Shown here: positions 26,099 through 34,836 of the stretch, one piece after another
Layout of the letters: the number at the start of each line of letters is the position of its first letter
Position numbering within the stretch: position 1 is the first letter of the stretch
DNA from: a virus
DNA: 64,000 bases
Reading direction: 5' to 3' (one strand)
IMG/VR virus record: IMGVR_UViG_3300045974_000283
Coordinates: 113,838 to 177,837 of that record
Notes under the pieces: model-generated
What the model was told of the DNA's origin: nothing
Database searches by the model: none
Seen by the model: only the letters and a program-made list of their open reading frames with translations
Made by a program: the position numbers and the translations under genes

Positions 26099-26950
26099 AT
26101 GAGTGAACTAGCCATCTACATCCCGAGTCGGAGCCGCTTCGAGAAGTCCCTTACCTTGAAATACTTGACTCCGAACTGGGACAAGGGACCGATCTATCTC
26201 GTGGTGCCCGCTGAGCAGCGCAAGGACTATCGGTTTCTCGCCAAACAATACGGCGTGACCATCCTGCCGTGCTCGGAGTCTGGCATCGCCTTGACGCGTC
26301 TGTTCTGCGGTGAACACGCCACGGACAAGTTCATCATGTTCGATGACGACCTCCGCTTCTCCTACCGACCCAAGCGGAACAAGGAGACGGGCATCGACCA
26401 GACGGGCAAGAACGCTCAAGGACTAAGGCTTTACAAGGCCGAAGGCAGCCAGATCACGCGAATGCTGACCATCGCTGAGACGCTGCTCGACAGATACGCT
26501 CACATCGGGGTCTCGCCTCGCGCGGGCAACCAATCGATGCCTCTGCCGATACGCGAGTGCGCTCGCCCGCTACGCGTCCTTGGCTACCGCAAGCGAGAGT
26601 TCCTCTCATGTGAACACGGCCGCGTCGCGATCATGGAAGATTTTGATGTCACACTTCAGTTGTTGACGCGTGGCTACAAGAACGCCTTGATCACGACGCA
26701 TGTGAACGATCAGCTCGCGACGAACACGGAAGGAGGCTGCTCCGATTATCGCACCGAGAAACTTCACAACACGAATGTCAAGAAGATGCACTCCCTGTGG
26801 GGAGTGCCGATCACCAAGATCGTCGAGAAGAAGAACGTCAGTGCAGCGGCCTTGGCAGCGGGTCTCGCCGCCCGCAAAGAGCTGAACATCCAATGGATCA
26901 AAGCCTGGAAATCCTCCGGCAAAGACCTCAAACCCAGACTATCACGGTGA
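26099..26950 (+). CDS. GT-A glycosyltransferase, TAGT/GREB1/J-glucosyltransferase-like
   Basis: IYIPSRSR, YLVVPAEQ, IMFDDD (DxD), EDFDVTLQLLTRG, GGCSDYRT. Confidence 0.8.
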   Translation: MSELAIYIPSRSRFEKSLTLKYLTPNWDKGPIYLVVPAEQRKDYRFLAKQYGVTILPCSESGIALTRLFCGEHATDKFIMFDDDLRFSYRPKRNKETGIDQTGKNAQGLRLYKAEGSQITRMLTIAETLLDRYAHIGVSPRAGNQSMPLPIRECARPLRVLGYRKREFLSCEHGRVAIMEDFDVTLQLLTRGYKNALITTHVNDQLATNTEGGCSDYRTEKLHNTNVKKMHSLWGVPITKIVEKKNVSAAALAAGLAARKELNIQWIKAWKSSGKDLKPRLSR

Positions 26951-26953
26951 CCC

Positions 26954-27940
26954 ATGGACATCTATCCTGTTGACCCTCCTTTCAGCCTTCAAGTCGAGCC
27001 CACTGAGGGCTGCTCGTTGGCTTGCTCATTCTGCGGCATCGCTTCTATCCGCGACAATGGAGCCAACGCCAACGAGGGCGTCCACGGCAAGAACTCCGCT
27101 CCCTACAAGCACATGGAGCGGGCCACCCTGATCCGACTGATGAAAGAAGTGAAGCGGCTCAAGTGGAATCCCCGCATCGAGTTCGCGATGCACGGTGAGC
27201 CTTCGATGCACCCTGACCTTCCTGGACTGGTCTCGGCGACCCGGAAGATTCTCGGCAATTCAGCTCACATCATGATCACCAGCAATGGCTCAGGTCTGAC
27301 CACGCCTGAGAAGATCAACGCGTTGATAGCGGCTGGCCCGAACACGCTGGCGCTGGACGACTACAAGCACGCCAAGTTCATGCCGAAGATCAAGGAGTTC
27401 GTGCGGACTCTTGGTCACACTGTGTTCGACTATCCGGCTGACAAGGAAGGCAACCCGCACCATCGCAACAAGGGCAGTCGCATCGTCCTGATCAACGACA
27501 TCAGTGAGAACACCGACGGCAACCATCAACTGACGAACCAAGGCGGAAGCTCGTTCGATGCTTTGACCGAGCCGCTCGTGCGTCGCTGCGCCAAGCCGTT
27601 CCGCGAGCTGTCTGTGCGCTGGGACGGCAATGTCGCCATCTGCTGTGACGATTGGGTCGGAGCCTACAAGATCGGCAACACGAACGAGCTGCCGCTCGAC
27701 GAAATCTGGCTGCACCCGCGTTTCGAGGCGGCTCGCCGTCGCCTGTACGCCAAGGACCGCGACTTCGGCCCGTGCAAGGGCTGCAACGTGAAGACCATGC
27801 GCGACGGCCTGCTCCCCGACAAGATGGGGAAGGGCGAGATGAAGGGCGTCTCTCCGGCCAGCGAGGCGCACCTGCGAGCGGCTCTGCGCGGTCGCATCTT
27901 CTCGATCAAGGAAGTCAAGGAAGTCAAGAGCGTCGCATGA
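26954..27940 (+). CDS. Radical SAM enzyme with SPASM/twitch domain
   Basis: CSLACSFC (CxxxCxxC), HGEPSMHP, ITSNG; C-terminal CAKPF..LSVRWDGNVAICCDDW...CKGC. Confidence 0.93.
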   Translation: MDIYPVDPPFSLQVEPTEGCSLACSFCGIASIRDNGANANEGVHGKNSAPYKHMERATLIRLMKEVKRLKWNPRIEFAMHGEPSMHPDLPGLVSATRKILGNSAHIMITSNGSGLTTPEKINALIAAGPNTLALDDYKHAKFMPKIKEFVRTLGHTVFDYPADKEGNPHHRNKGSRIVLINDISENTDGNHQLTNQGGSSFDALTEPLVRRCAKPFRELSVRWDGNVAICCDDWVGAYKIGNTNELPLDEIWLHPRFEAARRRLYAKDRDFGPCKGCNVKTMRDGLLPDKMGKGEMKGVSPASEAHLRAALRGRIFSIKEVKEVKSVA

Positions 27941-29157
27941 AAACAGTCCTCGTCCTCGACCTGCTCTACTACGATGTTCATCCGACCGTCCACAAGAACG
28001 GTGTCACGCCCACCGCTCTTGAGGAGGCCTCCGTTCTGGCAGCGCACGGGTATCGGGTGATCTTCGGGTGCGCTGGCTCCAACTTGAACCGGCTGAAGAA
28101 AGCGTATCCTGAGGTCGAGTTCGTCAACCTGTTCCCGCAGACCTATGCCAGCATGCTCGATGACGACAAGCACACGGTTGAGAGTTCTGGCTTCTCTCCG
28201 ACGGTGGCAGCTAAGATCAAAGAGATCGTCATCAACGAGAAGATCTGGGTCATCTCGTGCTCGTCGATGCGTCAGCTGCTCAAGCATCTGGAGAAAGTAG
28301 ACCTACCGTGCCCTGTCGTGTACACGATGCACTTCTGGCCTCAGCCAAATCTGATGTTCCACGCGAGCACGGTCGGTGGTCTGCTGGCGATCCGTGAGAA
28401 CCCCAAGTTCTACATCTGTGCCAACACCGAGTTCACGATGGAGCAGCACCTTGAGCAGTCGCGGCTTGCTCACGCGAAGGGCTTGATTCGTGGTTCCGCT
28501 CTCGCGGCCTACGATCGCTTTGAGGGCAACTACTCGGACAGCTTCTGGAGACGCATGACCTGTAGCGACTCGGTGCCGGACATCCCAGTCTGCAACGTAC
28601 CCTCCGGTCGCCTCATAGTTGCCAGTCGCACCCACAAGGCCAAGAACCCTGTCTTCTGCTCGGCAAGTCCCCTGATCGACTTCCACCTTCTGGTCTATGA
28701 GAACCCAGACAAGGACGCTCAAGCCATCCTGGACAAGATGGCGTCGGTGGGTGCCAGCGTGCAACGCAACACCCCTCAGGTCAAGCTCTACAAGCTGATG
28801 GCGCGCAGCTCAGGGGTCGTGGTCTCATGCACGTTCGAGACCTTCGCTCGTACATCTTTCGAAGCGGCCTGCTCGGGCGTCCCTAGTCTGGTGTTCGTGG
28901 ACAAGACAGGCAAACACGCCGTCCATTCCTGGAGCCAGCAAGCGGGCGTTCAGTTCGACTCGTTCCGTTTCGCCGACCTGAAAGACCGCAAGAACCGATT
29001 CAAGGCAGCGGTCGAGCATGTCGCCACAGGCTGGTCGTATGAGGAACGGCTGGAGCTCAAGCGGAGAGTTCGCAGCTACTTCAGCGCCAAGAACTTCGTG
29101 GCCGAGCGTACCTCTGCGTTCAAGGCGGCATGGTCCAAAATGAAAGCGTCCTCATGA
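27937..29157 (+). CDS. GT-B (GT4-like) glycosyltransferase
   Basis: N-terminal Rossmann strand MKTVLVLD; C-terminal ETFARTSFEAACSGVP (E-x7-E motif). Confidence 0.75.
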   Translation: MKTVLVLDLLYYDVHPTVHKNGVTPTALEEASVLAAHGYRVIFGCAGSNLNRLKKAYPEVEFVNLFPQTYASMLDDDKHTVESSGFSPTVAAKIKEIVINEKIWVISCSSMRQLLKHLEKVDLPCPVVYTMHFWPQPNLMFHASTVGGLLAIRENPKFYICANTEFTMEQHLEQSRLAHAKGLIRGSALAAYDRFEGNYSDSFWRRMTCSDSVPDIPVCNVPSGRLIVASRTHKAKNPVFCSASPLIDFHLLVYENPDKDAQAILDKMASVGASVQRNTPQVKLYKLMARSSGVVVSCTFETFARTSFEAACSGVPSLVFVDKTGKHAVHSWSQQAGVQFDSFRFADLKDRKNRFKAAVEHVATGWSYEERLELKRRVRSYFSAKNFVAERTSAFKAAWSKMKASS

Positions 29158-30170
29158 TCAACATCCTTCACTGTTCGCCGTGGCCCATAGGCGGCGCAAC
29201 GTCGTACACAGTTCACCTCGCATCTGTCTTCGAGAAGACAGGTGTCCCTCACCGGATCATCCGCTTGGCAAAGAAGACTGAGCGCAAGTCCCGTGAGATG
29301 GGTTCCTACGGGGTTTCTTATGTCAACACCTCCGTCGAGGACGCGGCCAAGCTGGACGGCAAGTTCCTGCTCGCATCAGCGCCAACGGATGAAGACATGG
29401 GGCTGGCCTGCGCCAAGCTAGTCGAGCGTTCCCGTGGTGCCTACGTCTTCCACGATCCCAACGAGTTCGGCATGTACCCTCATTGGGACGCCAGAAAGCG
29501 ATGGGGCTCTCGGTGCCGGGCAAGCGTCATCTGCATCCGCGAGCAGGGTCGTGTTCATATCCCCGAGGGCGTGTTCATTCCCCACCCATACGTCCGCACC
29601 TTCTCCAAGAAGACTCACAACGATGCCAAGACCAAGACGGCTGTCAGCGTCGCGCGGGTGAGCGGTGTCAAGAAAGCCCACTGGATCATCGAAGCGAACC
29701 AGACCCTACACGAAGCCGCCCGCGTTGACCTACGCGGAGAGGTCAATCGCATGTGGTGGAAGTTCACCATCGAGAAGAAGTTCCCCGGCATCCAACTGCC
29801 TGAGAACGCTGGCTTTCCCCGCATCATGGGTGCCGCTGCTGAGATCTGCAAACCCTATCAGCTGATGGTCGATCTGACCATCTTCAAAGAGGACGGCGGC
29901 GGAACTCAGTACGCGATGCTCGAAGCCATCGACGCGGGCGCTGTTCCCGTGATGACCAAGGAATGGTGCTCGTATCCGGGCAAGGCCAGTGACCTCGTGA
30001 TCCAGATCACCGACACGGATGGCCTGAAACGCCTCTTGAAGTCCTCACGGAAAGGCGTGCTCATGAGCGACATCGACGGCCTTCGCCAGTCGAACTACGA
30101 GTATCTCGATTCCGTCCACTCACCCAAAGCGGTCAGCCGCGCCTACGTCTCAGCCCTGGAGTCTGCATGA
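29154..30170 (+). CDS. GT-B glycosyltransferase
   Basis: GGATSY loop; VSVARVSGVKK; DLTIFKEDGGGTQYAMLEAIDAGAVPV (degenerate GT4 motif). Confidence 0.75.
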   Translation: MINILHCSPWPIGGATSYTVHLASVFEKTGVPHRIIRLAKKTERKSREMGSYGVSYVNTSVEDAAKLDGKFLLASAPTDEDMGLACAKLVERSRGAYVFHDPNEFGMYPHWDARKRWGSRCRASVICIREQGRVHIPEGVFIPHPYVRTFSKKTHNDAKTKTAVSVARVSGVKKAHWIIEANQTLHEAARVDLRGEVNRMWWKFTIEKKFPGIQLPENAGFPRIMGAAAEICKPYQLMVDLTIFKEDGGGTQYAMLEAIDAGAVPVMTKEWCSYPGKASDLVIQITDTDGLKRLLKSSRKGVLMSDIDGLRQSNYEYLDSVHSPKAVSRAYVSALESA

Positions 30171-30793
30171 AAGTTCTCGTCACGGGAAACCCCCGAAGTG
30201 GCACCCTGTCCCTCAGTCTGACGCTGCGCAAAGCCGGACTCGATGTCGGCCACGAGCGCATGGGCAAGGACGGTACGGTGTCGTGCTTCTTCTTCAAGCA
30301 AGTCGAATACTACCCCCGGGAAGGTGGAACCGAGAACCGTCACCTGACCGACGGCAAGGATGACAACTTCGATGAAGCCGAGTTCGACTTCGCTTACCAT
30401 CTGGTGCGCAATCCGCTCAAGTGCATCCCATCTATGCAGAAGATCGTCAACCGTCGCCACCGACAGTGGATACGGGACATCGGCATCTGCGAGTGGGACC
30501 CCAAGAACCAGTCGAACATAGAGTGGTGCGCCTTGGCGTGGTATCACACGAATCTGTACATCGAGCAGAACCTGAACTTCCCTCGGCTGCGGGTGGAGAC
30601 CCTCTTGAAAGACTGGCCCAATGAACTGTGCCCGCGTCCAACCGAGATCAAACACTCGCACAAGAGCTCGGGCTTTCGCAAAGCTGCACCGATCACTCCG
30701 GCTCAGCTCACGGATATATCGGGAGCGGCCCTTTCCAAATCCATCCTCGACATGGCGCGCCGCTACGGCTACGCCAAGTCCGACCTTCAGTAG
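30167..30793 (+). CDS. Sulfotransferase-fold P-loop protein
   Basis: VTGNPRSGT (5'-PSB loop), VGHE, HLVRNPLKCIPS (3'-PB R-x-P-x5-S), LRVETL. Confidence 0.75.
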   Translation: MKVLVTGNPRSGTLSLSLTLRKAGLDVGHERMGKDGTVSCFFFKQVEYYPREGGTENRHLTDGKDDNFDEAEFDFAYHLVRNPLKCIPSMQKIVNRRHRQWIRDIGICEWDPKNQSNIEWCALAWYHTNLYIEQNLNFPRLRVETLLKDWPNELCPRPTEIKHSHKSSGFRKAAPITPAQLTDISGAALSKSILDMARRYGYAKSDLQ

Positions 30794-30810
30794 TTCAACC
30801 CGGAGTTCAC

Positions 30811-31611
30811 ATGACATCACCTTCACAATTAGTTTTTCCAAAAGCGACCTACCGTAGTGTTCGCGGGGTCATACCCGATAGAGTTTTCACTGTCACCGAG
30901 GTCAGGCCGAACGAAAGTTCTCCGAGCGCATCCATCATCTGTTACACCGACGGCCAAACAGGCACCTGGATGATGGACCAGAGATCTTTCCTTGAGGAAT
31001 TCGTTCTGCTCAAGCCTTACGAACCGGAGCCGCCTTTCAAGGTCACCGCTGGCACCCTCTACCGCCACACCAAGTCCGGCCTCCTTGGTTCCCTGTGGTC
31101 CTTGAACGGCTACCGAGCGCTCTTCGAAGTCATGCTTGTGGAGGGTGACGTTCGGTTGCGCCGGGTCTCGGTCGACCGAGAGCTCCAAGCGAACTTCGAG
31201 TCTGGAGTCGACGAGTTCCGGGACCAGACACTGAACCTCCTGTACCCGCCCGCGTCGATCGTGATCTTCACGCACCTGTCGTTCCTCCAGTCGTTCACGC
31301 CCGTCCAGTTCAAACTTCAGCGGCCTGAGGACCCCAAGCCGAAGCCCCCAAGTTCTGGCCGACCGGAGTGGCTGATCCGCATCGACGTCGAGGCAGGCGA
31401 GCTGAGCGTCAAGATGCAGAAGCTCACCACGTTCCTGTGTGAAGTTCACCTGCTTCCCGAAGGCCGCAAGCCCACGGCTTCACAAGAACTGCTGATGCGC
31501 CTGCAACTGGACGCCATGCGCCTCTACTACCAGATCCTGCTGAATCGTCTCAAGGACGGTGAGGACGCGATGGCCGACGCTCAGGTCGTTCACCATATAG
31601 GCAACGCATGA
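30811..31611 (+). CDS. Hypothetical protein with C-terminal crAss001_48-like helical hairpin
   Basis: PEWLIRIDVEAGELSVKMQKLTTFL...LQLDAMRLYYQILLNR. Confidence 0.6.
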   Translation: MTSPSQLVFPKATYRSVRGVIPDRVFTVTEVRPNESSPSASIICYTDGQTGTWMMDQRSFLEEFVLLKPYEPEPPFKVTAGTLYRHTKSGLLGSLWSLNGYRALFEVMLVEGDVRLRRVSVDRELQANFESGVDEFRDQTLNLLYPPASIVIFTHLSFLQSFTPVQFKLQRPEDPKPKPPSSGRPEWLIRIDVEAGELSVKMQKLTTFLCEVHLLPEGRKPTASQELLMRLQLDAMRLYYQILLNRLKDGEDAMADAQVVHHIGNA

Positions 31612-31937
31612 CTGATGCTGTCCAACCCCCAGAAGAAACCAAGCCGCCTCTGACCGAGTTTCAACGCGGCGCTCGGGCGATGTTCGACTACTTCCATATC
31701 CGGGCGGCGAACAACTGGCATGGCAACCCGAAGGTCCAGGAGCAGTGCGCCAAGGAAAACACCCTGCTCCTGAGCTGGGTTGAGGACGCCCTTGAGAGTG
31801 TGGATCCCGCCATCCACGCCGAGTGGAAAACTCTCCAGGAAGCCACCAAGAGCGCCTATCACCAAGGGTATCTCGACGCCTTGGCAACGAAACAGTCCCA
31901 CAATGCTCCACCGACAACAAAGGCGTCCGTCGTATGA
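31608..31937 (+). CDS. Hypothetical protein
   Basis: ATGA-coupled, 109 aa. Confidence 0.6.
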   Translation: MTDAVQPPEETKPPLTEFQRGARAMFDYFHIRAANNWHGNPKVQEQCAKENTLLLSWVEDALESVDPAIHAEWKTLQEATKSAYHQGYLDALATKQSHNAPPTTKASVV

Positions 31938-32383
31938 CCCCGCACAAACAACTCAACCTCCACAAGCCGCTTGAAGGCCAGATCGGCGACTGCTTCCGCA
32001 CGGTCATTGCCTGCTTGCTCGACCTGCACCCTTCGGACGTACCTCACTTCTACCAAGAGGTCTGGCACGAGCCCGATGCTGCTCAGACTGCTGAACGCGA
32101 ACTTCGCAAGTTCTTGCGGCACTATGACCTGGACTTCATCGAGGTTGCCTACAAGGACACCTTGCTGAACGTCATGGAAGCGCAAGCGATCATGAACCCC
32201 GGCATCTACTACCTGCTGACAGGAAACTCAGCGAACGGCGTCGGTCACGTGGTCATCTGCTGCGGAGACCAGATCGTCCACGACCCGGCCATTGACAATT
32301 CCGGTATCGTTGGCCCTTCCGACACCGGGAACTATCACATCACGTGGCTCGTGCCAAGTCTCATGCGCCGCCTTGCCTGTTAA
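31934..32383 (+). CDS. Papain-like (C39-type) fold protein
   Basis: GDCFRTVIACLL (Cys), GHVVIC (His), IVHDP (Asp). Confidence 0.6.
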   Translation: MTPHKQLNLHKPLEGQIGDCFRTVIACLLDLHPSDVPHFYQEVWHEPDAAQTAERELRKFLRHYDLDFIEVAYKDTLLNVMEAQAIMNPGIYYLLTGNSANGVGHVVICCGDQIVHDPAIDNSGIVGPSDTGNYHITWLVPSLMRRLAC

Positions 32384-32384
32384 T
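32379..32384 (+). promoter_or_regulatory. GTTAAT putative phage promoter box
   Basis: GCCTGTTAATGG overlapping the stop codon, 42 nt before ATG 32421. Confidence 0.6.
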
Positions 32385-32420
32385 GGCCCCGCTTCACAAC
32401 CCTCACTGAAGATTTCCATC

Positions 32421-33620
32421 ATGAACAAACCGACCCCGGTCACCGATCTCAACGGCGCGATCACGCTCGCAGCCACAAGCCCGGACAGCCATCTGTTCCG
32501 GCTGCTCTACCTTCTCCAGTCCGAACAGTATCACGGCGTCGTGGCCCAGACCGAGAGCCGCAACGGCCCCGTCCTGCGCTTCACGGTGCCTGTCATCACT
32601 TCGTGGATTTGCCCCGATCAGCGCGTGAGCTTCTGGGACAAGCGCGATGCCAATCCATTCTTCCACTACATGGAAGCGATCTGGATGTTGGCGGGCCGCG
32701 ACGACGTTGCCTTCCCGTCCTACTTTGCCAAGCAGATCAAGCAATTCTCCGACGACGGTGAGACCTTGAACGGTGCCTACGGCTATCGCTGGCGCAACTT
32801 CTTCGACAACGGCAACTTCGATCAACTCGAAGACGCCATCGCTCAGCTCAAGGCGAATCCCTCGTCGCGTCGCGTCATCCTGCAGATGTGGCACGCGGTC
32901 GCTGATCCGCAGAGCGCCGCTGAGGGCTCGAAGGACGTCCCCTGCAATATCTCGGTGATGTTCGATGCCGTCAACGGCAAGCTGAACATGACCGTCGTCT
33001 GCCGCTCCAACGACATCATCTGGGGTGCCACGGGCGCGAACGTGGTCCACTTCTCGATTCTGCACGAGTACGTCTCGGCGGCTGCGGGCCTGCGCGCTGG
33101 CACCTATCATCAGGTGAGCAACAACCTTCACGTCTACACCGAGTTCCCGGTCTCGAAGCCGCTGCTGGAAGCCACGGACGATCCGACACCGGAAGAACTG
33201 CGCGGTGACTATCCGGGCGAGGCGCTCGACCTGTACGCGGCGCGTGAGAACGGTCTTTTCCCGATGCCGCTGTTCCGTTCGAACGAAGTGGTCGATGCCG
33301 ACGAGTTCGATGATGTCCTGCTGGATACAGACTTCCTGGACGCGATTCGGGAAGAGTTCGACGAGGATAGTGTTTCGCGTCAGCAGAACATCCAAGCGTA
33401 CATTGACGCCTTGAAGGAAATGGCGATTACCGGAGCTGGATGGCGGCAACACGCCAACGTGATGCAGGCTGCTTTCATCATGCACCGCGAGCTTGGTCAA
33501 ACCTCTGAGGCCATCGAGTACCTCAAGGAAGCCAACATCGGCCCCGACTGGAAGCTCGCATGTGTCAACTGGCTCCAACGCCGTCTGGACGCCGCCAAGG
33601 CAAAGGAGATCGCAGCATGA
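32421..33620 (+). CDS. Thymidylate-synthase-family dUMP hydroxymethylase (5hmdUMP synthase)
   Basis: ESRNG, DANPFFHYMEAIWMLAG, GAYGYRWR, SRRVILQMW, DVPCN (catalytic Cys), RSNDIIWGATGANVVHFS, NNLHVY. Confidence 0.82.
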   Translation: MNKPTPVTDLNGAITLAATSPDSHLFRLLYLLQSEQYHGVVAQTESRNGPVLRFTVPVITSWICPDQRVSFWDKRDANPFFHYMEAIWMLAGRDDVAFPSYFAKQIKQFSDDGETLNGAYGYRWRNFFDNGNFDQLEDAIAQLKANPSSRRVILQMWHAVADPQSAAEGSKDVPCNISVMFDAVNGKLNMTVVCRSNDIIWGATGANVVHFSILHEYVSAAAGLRAGTYHQVSNNLHVYTEFPVSKPLLEATDDPTPEELRGDYPGEALDLYAARENGLFPMPLFRSNEVVDADEFDDVLLDTDFLDAIREEFDEDSVSRQQNIQAYIDALKEMAITGAGWRQHANVMQAAFIMHRELGQTSEAIEYLKEANIGPDWKLACVNWLQRRLDAAKAKEIAA

Positions 33621-34312
33621 AAGACCGCTTGATTGGCTTGGGTCTCCCGCACGACCCCGAGTTCGCCGCTCGGGTTCAGTCATTCACGGCTGTCCACGCT
33701 CATGTTCGTGGCTGCGCGACCAAGCGCTACCACACTGAGCCCACGCTGCAGAACGAGACGGTCGGCGCTCACGTCGGCTTCATGGTCGGTGCGGCCTTCA
33801 TCATCTACGACACGCCTTCGCTGGCGCTACTCAAGGCCATCAGCCTGCACGATCACATGGAAGCCATCACTGGCGACATGCCCGCGCCGATGAAGGTCCG
33901 GAGGCCCGAGCTGAAAGCCATCATCGACGAACTGGAGATGGAGTTCCACGGCGAGTCGAAGCTGCCCGGCTGGCCCATGCTTGACGCGCACGAAGAACGG
34001 CAACTGAAGGTCTTGGACCGCCTGTCAGGAGTCGCCTGCGCCTCGCAAGAACTTCGCATGGGCAACTGGAGCGTCCACCACGTTCTGGGTGCCTTCTGCG
34101 GTTACTTCGCGACGCTGAAGCCCGAATGGAAGGAGCTCTACTTCTTCGAGGGTCTTCTGGACACCGCACCGAATCGCAACCGGGCTGTCCCCGACGACAC
34201 AAAGCGTCTGTTCGAGGCGATGGTCAAGAGCGTCCGTGAGGCGGCGTCTCCCAAATACCGCACGAACCCCAAGCCGGACGGCATGTCTTCCCTCGGTCCA
34301 ATCGCGAGCTGA
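33617..34312 (+). CDS. HD-domain 5'-deoxynucleotidase (YfbR/DatZ-like)
   Basis: KRYH..., ETVGAH, SLHDHMEAITGDMP, LKVLDRLS. Confidence 0.85.
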   Translation: MKDRLIGLGLPHDPEFAARVQSFTAVHAHVRGCATKRYHTEPTLQNETVGAHVGFMVGAAFIIYDTPSLALLKAISLHDHMEAITGDMPAPMKVRRPELKAIIDELEMEFHGESKLPGWPMLDAHEERQLKVLDRLSGVACASQELRMGNWSVHHVLGAFCGYFATLKPEWKELYFFEGLLDTAPNRNRAVPDDTKRLFEAMVKSVREAASPKYRTNPKPDGMSSLGPIAS

Positions 34313-34315
34313 ATC

Positions 34316-34618
34316 ATGGGCCACTACCTTAGCGAGATGCAGTGCAACGACTGCGGTCGCGTCCGCTGCGAGTGCAAGCGCAAGCCGGACCCGGAGCCGG
34401 AGTGGACGATCAACGACAAGTTCGAGGTCGTTCACCGTGACACGATATCTCTCATGTATCGGTCTCGGGCAACTTGGTTCTATACCAAGGAAGCTGCTGA
34501 AAACATGGTCTTGCCTACTCTCGAGGACAGTATCAAGATGGCGCAGGAACGCATTGAGCAAGACAAGAAACGGGTCGCCAAGCTGAAAGACCTACGCAAG
34601 AAACTGGAGTCCAAATGA
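34316..34618 (+). CDS. Hypothetical protein (Cys-rich N-terminus, coiled-coil C-terminus)
   Basis: CNDCG..RCEC; K/E heptads. Confidence 0.6.
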   Translation: MGHYLSEMQCNDCGRVRCECKRKPDPEPEWTINDKFEVVHRDTISLMYRSRATWFYTKEAAENMVLPTLEDSIKMAQERIEQDKKRVAKLKDLRKKLESK

Positions 34619-34803
34619 CATCTCTCACCCTCATGAACATTGGAGTGGGCCTGCTCGGCGTCGCCGTTCTGCTCCACGGCGGGATCTCTTTCTTCTCGAC
34701 AGGCTACTCGAAGGCCGGGTACATAGCGCTTGTCAGCGTCTGCTGTACGTCCATCGTTTGCATGTTGTCAGCGCTCACATGGGTTCAGTTCTTCCACCCC
34801 TAG
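34615..34803 (+). CDS. Small membrane protein (2 TM)
   Basis: Two hydrophobic stretches in 62 aa; ATGA-coupled. Confidence 0.55.
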   Translation: MTSLTLMNIGVGLLGVAVLLHGGISFFSTGYSKAGYIALVSVCCTSIVCMLSALTWVQFFHP

Positions 34804-34836
34804 CAATTTTAGGGGTTCCAACACCCGGAGACTTCC

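Noticed and set aside
32421-33620. Ordinary thymidylate synthase, or T4-type dCMP hydroxymethylase
   Set aside because: The ESRNG, NPFFH and WGATGAN pattern differs from canonical ThyA (LGLPFN), and Asn rather than Asp sits at the specificity position. This is not experimentally shown.
33617-34312. Z-genome (2-aminoadenine) pathway suggested by a DatZ-like HD enzyme
   Set aside because: No PurZ/PurA-like gene in the window; the HD gene is coupled to a dUMP hydroxymethylase-type gene, which points to thymine replacement. PurZ elsewhere in the genome cannot be excluded.
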